From Bdellovibrionales bacterium (GTDB taxonomy: Bacteria; Bdellovibrionota; Bdellovibrionia; Bdellovibrionales; UBA1609), in contig OZ241456.1 of NCBI GenBank assembly GCA_965200875.1, forward strand, positions 1,600,001 through 1,664,000: a DNA stretch of 64,000 nt. Reading direction: 5' to 3'. This document shows, in pieces, positions 30,395 through 42,082 of the stretch. The position numbers and the translations under genes are program-made. Each line of letters begins with the position of its first letter. Within the stretch, counting starts at the first letter, position 1. The notes beneath the pieces were generated by a model. It saw nothing but the letters and a program-made list of their open reading frames with translations, made no database searches and was not told where the DNA came from.

Positions 30395-31372
30395 TTATAC
30401 AGTAAAAAACAAATAGAAAAGAGGGATAGAGAGGTGTACTTGGCAGACATCGTAAAAATCAGTACATATATTGGTAATCTCTCTTATATTTAAATTGTAA
30501 TCACTTTCATCTTTTTTAGGACCACAATGCACAATTAAATAATTATCAGAGCAATATTCATCCTGAGTTCCGGATTTTTTATAAACTCCCTGAATTGTCT
30601 GTGTGTAATAAGAGCAACCATCTGGACAATATTTATCCTCCAAAGATGAATTGTCCATCAGTAAATCCTTCGACAAATCCGAAAAATCATCCAAAGAAAC
30701 ACAAAGGTTTTCAGAAGAGGTGTTTGCTTGCTGATCAACAGCTAAACAAGAGGGGATTTTTTTAAGATCTCTTTCACATTCACTGTTTGACCTTTTACCA
30801 CAATAAGCTATCAGTCTTTCATCATAAGACATATTTGTATATTCACACAAAATAAGTTTTCCTTTGTGCGCACGAACTTGAAAAGTTCTGGGGCTTTTGT
30901 CCGTAGTGGAGTAATCAGCATAAATCTCAAATACATCCTCTTTGTCTGAAACTCTTTCCACAGAGTCATCAATAGAGATAGCTTTAAAATCTATGGTTTT
31001 ATTTTTTTTACAGCTGTTTTCTTCCACAACAGCCGGATAAGAGGTAACCTGAAGGGTATAATTGTCTCTCCCAGCCTCCTGATACTCTGTATGCTTATCC
31101 TCAATACTGTTTGTTAAATCCCGATTAAAAAAAGACATGGTTTTAACAGATCTGATAACATCGTTAGACTGTAAGCTCGCGAACACATTGGTATTGCTTA
31201 TTTTTCTCAATAAATCATCTCTTTGCATGGCTGTACGCAAATCCGCATCGACACAGGCGATGTCACGAACTTCCTGGATAAGAAGGGGAGGGGCACATGT
31301 GTTGCCTCCAGCACTGCTTACAGACAATGTGCAAAATCCCATAAAAATATATATGTACACTTTATGACACAT
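30395..31372 (-). CDS. Secreted Cys-rich hypothetical protein
   Basis: 325-aa ORF, signal-like N-terminus, many Cys, hydrophobic C-terminal end; RBS GGGAG. Confidence 0.6.
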   Translation of the reverse strand: MCHKVYIYIFMGFCTLSVSSAGGNTCAPPLLIQEVRDIACVDADLRTAMQRDDLLRKISNTNVFASLQSNDVIRSVKTMSFFNRDLTNSIEDKHTEYQEAGRDNYTLQVTSYPAVVEENSCKKNKTIDFKAISIDDSVERVSDKEDVFEIYADYSTTDKSPRTFQVRAHKGKLILCEYTNMSYDERLIAYCGKRSNSECERDLKKIPSCLAVDQQANTSSENLCVSLDDFSDLSKDLLMDNSSLEDKYCPDGCSYYTQTIQGVYKKSGTQDEYCSDNYLIVHCGPKKDESDYNLNIREITNICTDFYDVCQVHLSIPLFYLFFTV

Positions 31373-31661
31373 AATTTTCGTACTCCCTAAAATAAACTAC
31401 AGGACATCAAACCTAATGAAACTTATCGGTAATTTTTCAACTTGGCTTTTAAAAATTTTCAACAACAAAAGTAAACTATCATATTGTCTGGGAAAAATGC
31501 CAATTTTGCTTTAAATTGTATCAAATATTTGACAATATTTCATATTGGACCTAAAAAATATCCCCTTTAATTAAGACTAAAGATGTATGCAGTTTTAAAC
31601 GAGAGGATATAAATGCCGGATTCAAACAAAGAACCAGTCACGCAAGCAGATTTTGCATTAT

Positions 31662-31790
31662 TTAGTGGTCTGTGAAAAAGTATGTTATTTTGACTGGATT
31701 CCCGTTTTCACGGGAATGACACCCCTTGGGAAAGTACATGAAAAAAGAGTGTGATAATTGAAATACAAAAGGTTTTTCACGGACTACTAA
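31662..31790. mobile_element. Family B MITE-like element, complete copy
   Basis: TIRs tagtggtctgtgaaaaa / tttttcacggactacta (15/17 match); internal ATTCCC-N8-GGGAAT at 31698-31717. Confidence 0.75.
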
Positions 31791-31791
31791 T

Positions 31792-32307
31792 TTAGTCGGG
31801 ACTGGCTGAAGGCTTATCTGGCTCTGACTTTTCTGCTGGAGTGGGTTTCTCAGGACTGGCTGAAGGCTTATCTGGCTCTGACACTGCTTCTGACTTGGGT
31901 TTTTCAGGACTGGCTGAAGGCTTATCTGGTTCTGACACTGTTGCTGGCTTGGGTTTTTCAGGACTGGCTGAAGGCTTATCTAGTTCTGACTTTTCAACTG
32001 GGGTCGGTTTCTTACCCTCTTCAGGAGCTTTAGATTCCTGCTTTGTATATTCATCCATCACACTTTCATCTTTTTTAGAACTGAGGGCCGCCAGATAAAT
32101 GGAAGTGAAGGCAAAAATAATGGCTGTCCATTTTGTCACATTGACTAAAAACTGATTGCCTCCTGTATTGCCAAAAAGACTTTTGGAACCTCCGCCTCCA
32201 AGCATTCCCAAGGCACCACCATCTCCTCCTTTAGGATCCTGGAGCAGGATAAATAACACCATAATAACGGAAACAATAATATGCACTATAGCCAAAAATG
32301 TAAACAT
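31792..32307 (-). CDS. secG: Preprotein translocase subunit SecG with a repetitive tail
   Basis: TM-LLQDPKGG...GGGGSKSLFG...TKWTAIIF-TM. Confidence 0.92.
   Translation of the reverse strand: MFTFLAIVHIIVSVIMVLFILLQDPKGGDGGALGMLGGGGSKSLFGNTGGNQFLVNVTKWTAIIFAFTSIYLAALSSKKDESVMDEYTKQESKAPEEGKKPTPVEKSELDKPSASPEKPKPATVSEPDKPSASPEKPKSEAVSEPDKPSASPEKPTPAEKSEPDKPSASPD
31795..32010 (-). repeat. 54-bp (18-aa) tandem repeat x4 in the SecG tail
   Basis: ggactggctgaaggcttatct at 31799, 31853, 31907 and 31961. Confidence 0.95.
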
Positions 32308-32437
32308 AGTGTGTTTATAGTGTTTTTTTTGAAAAAGTCAATGAATTTGAAAAAAGCAGATAAAATCCCCTGCCACTTTGCGGAGGGTGGTTTCTGGGCA
32401 ATACTCATCCCATCCGTTCACCGAGTAAAGTCACAGG

Positions 32438-33379
32438 TTAGTTTGTAAAGCGACTGGAAAACTCTTTCTTGGCTTTTTTTCTAAGATAAATGCAATCCCC
32501 ATAGCGAAAAGCATCGCTTATGTAATCCCATAAACCACCTTCCTGAAAAGGATTAAGAAATCCTATGGTAAGCATTTGAGGAGGAGTATACTCAATATCC
32601 TGAACAGATTTTAGATTTTTTATGGCCGGACCTTGCAACTTTATGCTGTCGCCGGTCTTTTCATTTTTTATAATAAGATAGAAAGTGTGCGGATCCTCAG
32701 GATTGGTAATTTTTTCCATACCAATATAAATACCATTTGATCCTTTGTACTCGTTTCGCCTGATTGCCTGTGATTCCCCACAAGATGACACACAAACAGC
32801 TTGTGCTTCTGTTTGAGAATCTTCGTTTTCCGGTTCTATAAAGTTTTCCCAGTTCAGTGTGCCTTTGGACAGAGTGTATTTGTTGTTTGTGGGATAGCCA
32901 CTTCCTTGATAGGAATAAAAAAATGTTTGTGAAAAATTACCTGTAACCGTCTCCCCTGTTCTCGTGTTTTTTAGTTGCAAAGCCAGGGAAAAAGCATCAT
33001 CTCCCCATTCGTCAAGGGATTCAATTCGCAGTTTTTGCAAATCCACATTTATCCCACTGGGAATGCCTTCAGGATTGTCTTTGGAATTGCTTTGGATCCA
33101 ACCCATCCAGCCAACGGAAACTTCCACCAAAACGAGAGCTTTATATGTTCTGCTTGCATCCATTTTTTCAAAAAGAGCGTAAGCTCGTTTATCCCGGTTG
33201 TTGTGATGATCTAATTCGGAACAACGATGATTAAAATGCAAATTATTGTTTGTATCAGCTAAGGTAAAACCTTTTAAAATAGAACAGGTGTTGGGGTTTA
33301 GATCTCTACAACCTCCAGCATGGCAAATAGAAGAGACAAATAAAAACATAAAAACCAAGAATATTTTTATCATATACAT
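32438..33379 (-). CDS. Secreted hypothetical protein
   Basis: 313-aa ORF with a signal peptide (…SSICHA). Confidence 0.6.
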   Translation of the reverse strand: MYMIKIFLVFMFLFVSSICHAGGCRDLNPNTCSILKGFTLADTNNNLHFNHRCSELDHHNNRDKRAYALFEKMDASRTYKALVLVEVSVGWMGWIQSNSKDNPEGIPSGINVDLQKLRIESLDEWGDDAFSLALQLKNTRTGETVTGNFSQTFFYSYQGSGYPTNNKYTLSKGTLNWENFIEPENEDSQTEAQAVCVSSCGESQAIRRNEYKGSNGIYIGMEKITNPEDPHTFYLIIKNEKTGDSIKLQGPAIKNLKSVQDIEYTPPQMLTIGFLNPFQEGGLWDYISDAFRYGDCIYLRKKAKKEFSSRFTN

Positions 33380-33493
33380 TCTTTATTATATGCCAATAAT
33401 ATCAAAAACAGAATATTTTTTATGACAGACTTGATTTTTTTTCGTAAAAATAGATAAAAACTGTAAAAATACAGGAAATAAAGGAACAAAAAT

Positions 33494-34858
33494 ATGAATA
33501 CTTTAATGGAACCTTTTAAAATCAAGTCGGTTGAACCTATCCAAATCAATACCCGTGAACAGAGAAAAAAAGTACTGGAAAAAGCACATTTGAATTTGTT
33601 TCTGATTCCCGCAAGAGAGGTGATTATTGATCTCTTAACGGATTCCGGTACAGGGGCCATGAGTGCGGTTCAGTGGTCATCTCTTTTAAAGGGAGATGAA
33701 TCTTATTCCGGGAGCGAAAGTTTTTTTCGCTTTCAAAAATCCATTCAAAATATTACAGATATGCCTTATGTCATTCCAACTCATCAAGGTCGTTCAGCGG
33801 AAAGAATTTTGTTGAAAAATTTAAAATCCAGAGGAGAATATGTAGTTTCCAATACACTTTTTGATACCACTCGTGCCAACGCGGAACTTCTGAGTTTTAA
33901 AATTTTGGATCTTCCCTGTAAGGAATCTTACGAAACACAAAGCCACTTCAATTTTAAAGGAAACATAGATTTACTGGCTTTAGAGCAAGCTCTTTTTGAA
34001 AAATCTGTCGCCTGTGTTGTATTGACCATTACCAATAACTCCGGTGGTGGCCAACCTGTTTCAATGGAAAACATACAGCAAGCGTCTGCCTTATGTAAAA
34101 AACATAATGTGTCCTTTGTTTTGGATGCTTGTCGTTTTGCTGAAAATGCTTGGTTTATCAAGCAAAGGGAAGAGCGGTATAAGGACAAATCCCCTTCGGA
34201 AATTGCAAAAGAGGCTTTTGCTTTAGCGAATATGTGCTTTGTGTCCGCCAAGAAAGATGGATTGGCTAATATCGGCGGATTTATTTGTCTGAGAGATAGG
34301 AAAATAACGGAAGAATGTAAAAAAGATGTAATTATTTCAGAAGGTTTTCCCACTTACGGAGGACTGGCCGGAAGAGATCTGGAAGCCATAGCTATTGGTC
34401 TTAAGGAGGCTTTGGAGGAATCTTATCTGCACTATCGCATTTCCTCTGTGGAATACCTGCATAAAAAACTGGAACAGGCAGGGCTTCCTTTGGTTCAACC
34501 ATCAGGCGGTCACGCAGTTTATATTGATGTGAAAAAAGCTTTACCTCATATTCCAGCTTCAGCTTATCCCGCGCAGTGTTTTGCCTCCGGGTTTTACGAA
34601 TTTTCCGGTGTTCGCTCTTGTGAAATCGGTTCTGTTATGTTTGGCAGGACAGGGAAAGCCGGACAGGAAATTCCCCACAGCCAAGAGTTGGTTCGTTTAG
34701 CCATCCCCAGACGGGTTTATACTTTTTCCCATTTGGATTATGTGTCTCAGTCTGCGGAAAAATTTATGAAGGAGTCAGCCTCTTCTTTAAAGGGAGTAAA
34801 AATAACCCACTCTGCGAAAGTGTTAAGACATTTCAGCGCGCACTTCAAATGGCTTTGA
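33494..34858 (+). CDS. tnaA: Tryptophanase (beta-eliminating lyase; tyrosine phenol-lyase not excluded)
   Basis: EPFKIKSVE, IDLLTDSGT, THQGR, SAKKD (PLP lysine), GFPTYGGLAGRD, RLAIPRRVYT. Confidence 0.88.
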   Translation: MNTLMEPFKIKSVEPIQINTREQRKKVLEKAHLNLFLIPAREVIIDLLTDSGTGAMSAVQWSSLLKGDESYSGSESFFRFQKSIQNITDMPYVIPTHQGRSAERILLKNLKSRGEYVVSNTLFDTTRANAELLSFKILDLPCKESYETQSHFNFKGNIDLLALEQALFEKSVACVVLTITNNSGGGQPVSMENIQQASALCKKHNVSFVLDACRFAENAWFIKQREERYKDKSPSEIAKEAFALANMCFVSAKKDGLANIGGFICLRDRKITEECKKDVIISEGFPTYGGLAGRDLEAIAIGLKEALEESYLHYRISSVEYLHKKLEQAGLPLVQPSGGHAVYIDVKKALPHIPASAYPAQCFASGFYEFSGVRSCEIGSVMFGRTGKAGQEIPHSQELVRLAIPRRVYTFSHLDYVSQSAEKFMKESASSLKGVKITHSAKVLRHFSAHFKWL

Positions 34859-34963
34859 AATATGTAAATCACGGGAAATTTTTAGCTCATTTCAAAGATG
34901 AATAGCCAGAGTTTGTTCGGGTTTGACCTGGAAAAAAAGACCAATATTTACAAGCCTTTTATC

Positions 34964-36488
<1,525 letters not shown>

Positions 36489-36634
36489 AATCAAAAATGG
36501 AAAAATTTTTCGATTCTTTAATAAAAAGATCTTATCAATTCCAAAAACTGACAAGTAATAGTAATTTCAGAAACTCATTGAAAAGGCATAACCTCTTCTT
36601 AAGCCCCCGAAACAAGACTTAACTGACTATTCAT

Positions 36635-36681
36635 TTTTCAAAGAGCGAAAATCAGTATAATTGTTTTTTTAGTCTGGTCAA
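36635..36681 (-). promoter_or_regulatory. rRNA promoter and boxA
   Basis: TTGACC-16 bp-TATACT (36681-36654) followed by GCTCTTTGAAAA (36646-36635). Confidence 0.75.
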
Positions 36682-36979
36682 TAGCTGTTTTTGCTTTTTT
36701 ATGAATTATTAGTGGTTCTGCTCATACATCTGCTCATACAGAAGAACAAAACATTCACCGCTAAATTTGCTTTAAAAGGCTTAAAGTATGAAAAAATTTC
36801 ATTAGTATCAAACCCGGAAACTTATGTAAACTATTAGAATTATAAAGGTTATTTCAAGTGTGTCAGAATGATACATTTTAAGACTTGATTCCATTTTAGT
36901 TGTTTGGTATAAGTTTATCTAAAGGTTAGATATTAATTTTCATTATATTTCATTTTTCACTAGTATACAGGAGGATTTT

Positions 36980-37486
36980 ATGGGATTTAAGGTTGGGGAT
37001 AAGGCTGTTTATCCAGGTCATGGTTTGGGACGTATTACAGCCATTGAAACAAAAGAAATTTCCGGGGCACGGCAGAAGTTTTACTCCATATTGCTTTCCA
37101 GTTCAGATATGAAAATTATGGTTCCAGAAAACCGAATGAAAGCAGTGGGTTTGCGTTCGATTATTACTCGTCAGACAGCAGAGGCTGTACTGGATATTAT
37201 ACAGGATCGTGAAACCAATTATTCTCTTGTGGAAATAGGAAAAAACTGGAGCAAGAGGTACCATGAATACATGAAAATCGTTAAAACTGGCAATACCATC
37301 AAAACCGCTCAAGTATTCAGAGAACTTCTGAATATAGAAGAAAAAAAAGGTTTGAGCTTTTATGAAAGGCAACTCATGCTTACTGTGTGCAAGATGCTTT
37401 TTGATGAAATATCTATGGTGATACCTGTTAGTGAGTTGAAAAAAACTTTTGATTTTTCCAGCACTTTGGAAAATCTGAAACAGTAA
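36980..37486 (+). CDS. carD: CarD/CdnL family transcription regulator
   Basis: FKVGDKAVYPGHGLGRI, KIMVP...VGLR, NWSKRY. Confidence 0.9.
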   Translation: MGFKVGDKAVYPGHGLGRITAIETKEISGARQKFYSILLSSSDMKIMVPENRMKAVGLRSIITRQTAEAVLDIIQDRETNYSLVEIGKNWSKRYHEYMKIVKTGNTIKTAQVFRELLNIEEKKGLSFYERQLMLTVCKMLFDEISMVIPVSELKKTFDFSSTLENLKQ

Positions 37487-37514
37487 TTTTTACCTCATTT
37501 AGGCAGTAAAGCAT

Positions 37515-38399
37515 TTATTTTTTTTTAACAACAAATCCACTTATAGTTAAATAAGTCGCCAAGGTCGGATCAATTTTCGCACCGCGCAAATTCGCTCCGC
37601 GTAACTTCGCACCGCGCAAATTCGCTCCGCGTAACTTCGCACCGCGCAAATTCACATTGCGTAACTTCGCATAGCTCAAATCCGCAAAACCTAACTTCAC
37701 CTCACGCAAATCCGCAGAACTTAACTTCGCACTGCGTAAATCCACCTGACGCAAATTCGCAGAACGCAAATCCACATAACGCAAATCCACCTTGCGCAAG
37801 TACGCACCCTGCAAATCTGCAGAACGCAAATTCTCATCAAACAAAATCGCAAAACGCAAATTCGCTCCCTGCAAATTCGCAGAACGCAAATCCGCACCAT
37901 GAAAAATTGCCTCGCGTAAATTCGCAGAACGCAAATCCGCCTTCTGTAAATTCGCTCCTTGTAAATCCGCACCATGCAAATTCGCAGAACGCAAATCCAC
38001 TTCGCCAGTCAAATCCGCTCCTTGCAAATCCGCAGAGCGTAACTTCGCACCACGCAAATCCGCAGAGTGTAACTTCGCCCTTTGCAAATTCGCGCGTTAT
38101 AAAATCGCAGAACGCAAATCCGCCTTCTGTAAATTCGCATCAAACAACTTCGCTCCTGATAAATTCGCAGAGTGCCAATTCGCGCCACGCAAATCCGCGC
38201 CTGATAAATCCGCATTGGTTAAATTGCAAGAGTGAGCAGACTTCTTTTTTATATATTCTCTATAATTTTTGATATTACATCCGGGAGTACTTGAACCCTT
38301 TGTATCCTTTGAACCCTTTTCATCCATTGAATAAATATTTGTTGTTTTACAGCTTACAAAACTCAAGCTTAAAAATAGTAAAATAAATATAATCTTCAT
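37515..38399 (-). pseudogene. Pentapeptide-repeat lipoprotein interrupted by an in-frame TAA (38097-38099)
   Basis: ORFs 38097..38471 and 37515..38087 share a frame (SAIL*RANLQRA); lipobox FVSC; A(D/N)LxX repeats. Confidence 0.8.
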
Positions 38400-38573
38400 T
38401 CGATATCCTTTTGTTGATTGTTTGAAAAATTTTACCAAAAAAACTAAAAGAAAAATAGCTTTCAAAGGCAATAGTGTAATCTTTTACCTTTTAGAGCTGG
38501 TTTTTTATTAGTGTTTCTTTTAAAATCCTGTTCTTGACCCCCAAAATTTGGCTACCTTCTAAAAGGAGGTAAA

Positions 38574-38960
38574 ATGGATAGATTTTCCAAAAAGGTTTCA
38601 AAAAATCAAAGATTTTTGATACTTTCAGAGCATTTTCAAGGTGGTCTCAGTATTTCCGAATTATCACGGAAGTATCAGATTCAAGCCGCAACTATTTATC
38701 AATGGAGGAGAGAGAAAATGCGCAGAGAAAAGAAAGCAACAGGATTAGACCAAGAGGAATTGCTTTTAGAGATAAATCGTTTAAAGGTGGAGAACTCTCG
38801 TTTAAAGCATACTGTAGCTGATCAAGCATTGGATATCACCACTCTTAAGCAATGGAATGAGTTTATGAAAAAAAAGTGGAGGGAAGAAAAACTGAATTTG
38901 CAAAAGAGTTTATCATCCACTGCTCAGCGATCTGCTGTAAAAAAAGATTTTGTGAGTTAA
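38574..38960 (+). CDS. IS3-family OrfA (HTH)
   Basis: SISELSRKYQIQAATIYQWR HTH followed by a coiled coil; A AAA AAG slippery site at 38870-38876. Confidence 0.88.
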   Translation: MDRFSKKVSKNQRFLILSEHFQGGLSISELSRKYQIQAATIYQWRREKMRREKKATGLDQEELLLEINRLKVENSRLKHTVADQALDITTLKQWNEFMKKKWREEKLNLQKSLSSTAQRSAVKKDFVS

Positions 38961-39760
38961 TAGGGATTCATCCAAAGTCTCTTTACAAAGTGAGTGAGAG
39001 GAGAAGTGTTAAGATGAAGATAAAGGATAAAGATAAGCAAATTTTATCAGGGATAAGAGCTGTGATAAAGGATCGTCCCACTTATGGTTACAAGCGTGTA
39101 ACGGCTCTTTACAACAAGGAGAGGGTTTTAAAGGGTTTAAGCAAGTATAATAAGAAGCGTATTTATCGTGTAATGAAAGAAAATGGCCTTTTGTTACCCA
39201 AAGCTGTCAGCAGAAGGGAAGGGCATAAGAGTACAGGAAAAGTGATGACATTGTATTCCAATACGAGGTGGTGTTCTGATTGTTTTGAAATTCATTGTTT
39301 TAATGGAGAGAAGGTGTATGTTTCTTTTGTGTTAGACACATGTGACAGGGAGATTTTAAGCTTTACGGCGTCGTTAAAGCCTCTTTTATCAGAAGACATA
39401 CAGGGTTTGATGATTAGTGCTGTAGAAGGGCGATTTGATGCTTGTCGAACAAATAGAGAGATTGAATTTTTATCGGATCGAGGGAGTATTTACAGAGCGT
39501 ATAATGTGCAGGTATTGGCCCGCCAGCTGGGTTTAAAGCCTTGTTTTACGAGGGCTTACAGTCCAGAGAGTAATGGTATGGCAGAGGCTTTTGTAAAGAC
39601 AATAAAACGAGATTATGTGTATGTGAATGACTGCTCCTGTGCTGAAGACACTATGAAATTATTAAAAGAATGGATATATGATTATAACCATAAAGCTCCC
39701 CATTCAGCACTTGGCATGAAGTCACCTGTGGAGTATATTAAATCAACACAAATGAGGTAG
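38876..39760 (+). CDS. IS3-family OrfB DDE transposase (-1 frame)
   Basis: PTYGYKRV, RWCSD, FLSDRGS, SPESNGMAEAFVKTIKRD, PHSALG. Confidence 0.93.
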   Translation: MEGRKTEFAKEFIIHCSAICCKKRFCELIGIHPKSLYKVSERRSVKMKIKDKDKQILSGIRAVIKDRPTYGYKRVTALYNKERVLKGLSKYNKKRIYRVMKENGLLLPKAVSRREGHKSTGKVMTLYSNTRWCSDCFEIHCFNGEKVYVSFVLDTCDREILSFTASLKPLLSEDIQGLMISAVEGRFDACRTNREIEFLSDRGSIYRAYNVQVLARQLGLKPCFTRAYSPESNGMAEAFVKTIKRDYVYVNDCSCAEDTMKLLKEWIYDYNHKAPHSALGMKSPVEYIKSTQMR

Positions 39761-39817
39761 CCAAAAATAGGGGCCACTCCAATCCGATCAAACAATAAAA
39801 AAAAGAGGAAATAAGTT

Positions 39818-40369
39818 ATGAAAGTTATAATTGCTTTACTGTTGTTTTTAAGCTTAGGTTTTTTAAGCTATGGCAATCAACCCCAGTGTAATATTGAGAA
39901 TTATAAAGACTATATCTATACACCAGGAAATCATCAGTGCAATTTGCTCTATGCGAATTTGCAAGATGCAGATCTGAGAGGGGCGAATTTGTACGAGGCG
40001 AATTTGTACGAGGCGGATTTACAAGGAGCGAATTTGGCCCAGATGAATTTGTTTGCGGGGATTTTTAAAAGGACAGATTTACGAAGGACGGATCTGCGAA
40101 GGGCGATTTTATACGGGGCGAATTTAATCACTGCGAATTTGAGCTTTGCAAATTTTGGCTTTGCGAATTTGAGCTTTGCGGATCTGAGAGACGCGAATTT
40201 GTACGGGGCGATTTTGAGAGATGCGGATCTGAGCGGAGCGGATCTGCGAAGGGCGATTTTGAGCGATGCAGATCTGAGCGAGGCGGATTTTACTAATGCG
40301 AAAGTTGATTCAGTCTTAGCGTCTTATTTAACCTCACAAGGTATAAGTGGTTTTGTTGTTAAAGAATGA
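39818..40369 (+). CDS. Secreted pentapeptide-repeat protein
   Basis: Signal peptide, A(D/N)LxX repeats; paralogue of 37515-38399. Confidence 0.9.
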   Translation: MKVIIALLLFLSLGFLSYGNQPQCNIENYKDYIYTPGNHQCNLLYANLQDADLRGANLYEANLYEADLQGANLAQMNLFAGIFKRTDLRRTDLRRAILYGANLITANLSFANFGFANLSFADLRDANLYGAILRDADLSGADLRRAILSDADLSEADFTNAKVDSVLASYLTSQGISGFVVKE

Positions 40370-40379
40370 CTAATTTATA

Positions 40380-40465
40380 TGGTGGAGAGAGTAGGATTCG
40401 AACCTACGTAGGCATAAGCCAACGGGTTTACAGCCCGCCCCCTTTAACCACTCGGGCACCTCTCC
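40380..40465 (-). tRNA. tRNA-Tyr(GTA)
   Basis: GGAGAGGTGCCCGAGTGG...GCGGGCTGTAAACCCGT...GGTTCGAATCC...CCACCA; long variable arm. Confidence 0.95.
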
Positions 40466-40477
40466 ATTCATTTTAAA

Positions 40478-40553
40478 TGGAGCTGGGTAAGGGAATCGAA
40501 CCCCCAACCTGCTGATTACAAATCAGCTGCTCTACCAGTTGAGCTAACCCAGC
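40478..40553 (-). tRNA. tRNA-Thr(TGT)
   Basis: GCTGGGTTAGCTCAACTGGTAGAGC...GCTGATTTGTAATCAGC...GGTTCGATTCC...CTCCA. Confidence 0.95.
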
Positions 40554-40712
40554 AAAAACCTTCCAATATATTCACCATCGTACATCAAAATTGCTCTGGT
40601 TTTAAGGGTTAAACCCTATTTTTACTGAAAAAACACTCATTCCGTCAATTATAATTGATTCAGGCCAGAAAAACACTGACAAACATAAAATTATTTAATA
40701 CTAAAGCAATAT

Positions 40713-41054
40713 ATGAGTTACGAAACATATAAATTAATCCATTTTTTTTCTATCATATCTCTTTTTTTGTCTCTAGGGGCTTTGCTGGTCTGTTCAGGCA
40801 ACAAAAAGAAAATCATGACTCTACATGGGCTGGCTTTATTGGTTTTGTTAGTCAGTGGTTTTGGTTTGATGGCTCGTCTAAAAATGTTCACTTTTCCTTT
40901 CTGGGTGATTTTGAAGTTGTGTATATGGTTCATCCTAGGAGTATTGATTCCCGTGATGATATCCCGCAAAGTTAATAAAAAATGGAGTTGGTTAATTGTA
41001 TTTGTTGGGGGTTTTGGGGCTGTTTGGTTGGCCGTACTAAAACCTTTTATATAA
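40713..41054 (+). CDS. Small four-TM membrane protein (SirB2/DUF2269-like)
   Basis: YKLIH...HG...LLVSGFGL...WVILKL...KPF pattern. Confidence 0.7.
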   Translation: MSYETYKLIHFFSIISLFLSLGALLVCSGNKKKIMTLHGLALLVLLVSGFGLMARLKMFTFPFWVILKLCIWFILGVLIPVMISRKVNKKWSWLIVFVGGFGAVWLAVLKPFI

Positions 41055-41078
41055 AATAGTCAGCTTCACAGAGGTTTT

Positions 41079-41336
41079 TTACTCTGATTGTTCCTTTTCT
41101 TTTAGTTTTTTTAAAATTTTTTTGTAAACTTCTTCCTGCAAAGATTTATAGCTAAAACGCGTCCTGTATTGGGGAAAGCTTTCTTGAACCTGTAATTCCT
41201 CTTTTTCCAAAATCTGCTTTTTTTCTTTGGAGATGATATTTTCTTCTTCTGAATCAACAGCTATACGGGCTGAAATAGCTGTACAAAACACAAAAAAACA
41301 CAGCAAAAAGAAAAATTTACTCATAATTGTTTCCAA
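41079..41336 (-). CDS. Small secreted hypothetical protein
   Basis: 85-aa ORF with a signal peptide, downstream of rplX. Confidence 0.5.
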   Translation of the reverse strand: METIMSKFFFLLCFFVFCTAISARIAVDSEEENIISKEKKQILEKEELQVQESFPQYRTRFSYKSLQEEVYKKILKKLKEKEQSE

Positions 41337-41357
41337 TTAAAAACTTTTGGGGTTTAA

Positions 41358-41579
41358 TCAAACCTTTCCCTCGCGTGGAATAAGACGAATATTGGAATAG
41401 GCAACCCATCCTTCTTTTTTTTGTATGCCTTCTTTTTTATCGAAGTGAGTTTGTATTCTGACTCCTTGCAGTCGCACTTTCAATTTATCAGAATCAATCG
41501 CAATAACTTTGGATTTTTTGCCTTTTTCCGAACCAGCAATAACCAGAACAGAATCCCCTTTTTTTATTTTTAATTTCAA
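41358..41579 (-). CDS. rplX: 50S ribosomal protein L24 (short form)
   Basis: KIKKGDSVLVIAGSEKGK KOW motif, EG.V.YSN; RBS GGAG. Confidence 0.88.
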   Translation of the reverse strand: MKLKIKKGDSVLVIAGSEKGKKSKVIAIDSDKLKVRLQGVRIQTHFDKKEGIQKKEGWVAYSNIRLIPREGKV

Positions 41580-41594
41580 GCTATATTCTCCGGT

Positions 41595-41930
41595 TTAATC
41601 TTTTTTTTGTGTTTCACTATGCGCAGTTTTTTTTCGATCTTTTTCACGGGTTTTATGCAATTTCTTTTCCATGCTTTTACGTAGCTTTAAAGCATGAGGA
41701 GAAAGCTGGTTTTTAGAGCATTTTATCAAAAAATTGTCAATTCCGCCAGATTTGTCTATAGATCTGACAGTGCTGGTCGCTACTTTCAGGCGAAAATTTC
41801 TCTTTAAACAAGGGCTATAAAAAGCTTTAAGCCGTACATTTGGAAAAGCTCTTGATTTTGTTTTAATATTGGAATGACTTACCAAATTCTTAACTACCGG
41901 TTTTTTACCAGTTAACTCACAATGGGGCAT
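41595..41930 (-). CDS. rpmB: 50S ribosomal protein L28
   Basis: CELTGK...VSHSNIKTK...FPN...IDKSGGID. Confidence 0.93.
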   Translation of the reverse strand: MPHCELTGKKPVVKNLVSHSNIKTKSRAFPNVRLKAFYSPCLKRNFRLKVATSTVRSIDKSGGIDNFLIKCSKNQLSPHALKLRKSMEKKLHKTREKDRKKTAHSETQKKD

Positions 41931-42082
41931 TATAAATACTCCTTATTCAACCTGCTAAAAGAAGCCACACAGTTTTTTACAGGCTATCGATTAGTAATGT
42001 ATCTGATCAAGGTTGATTCGTCAATAAATTGTGGTATAACAGCAAAATTGTGGTATAATAACAAAAATAAGGTATATGAATA

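Larger units (their letters stand above)
38529..39781 (+). mobile_element. IS3-family insertion sequence (IS2-like), 1253 bp
   Basis: TG...CA ends with imperfect TIRs sharing tttggctacct; 4-bp target duplication ATCC (38525-38528, 39782-39785); overlapping orfA/orfB. Confidence 0.93.
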
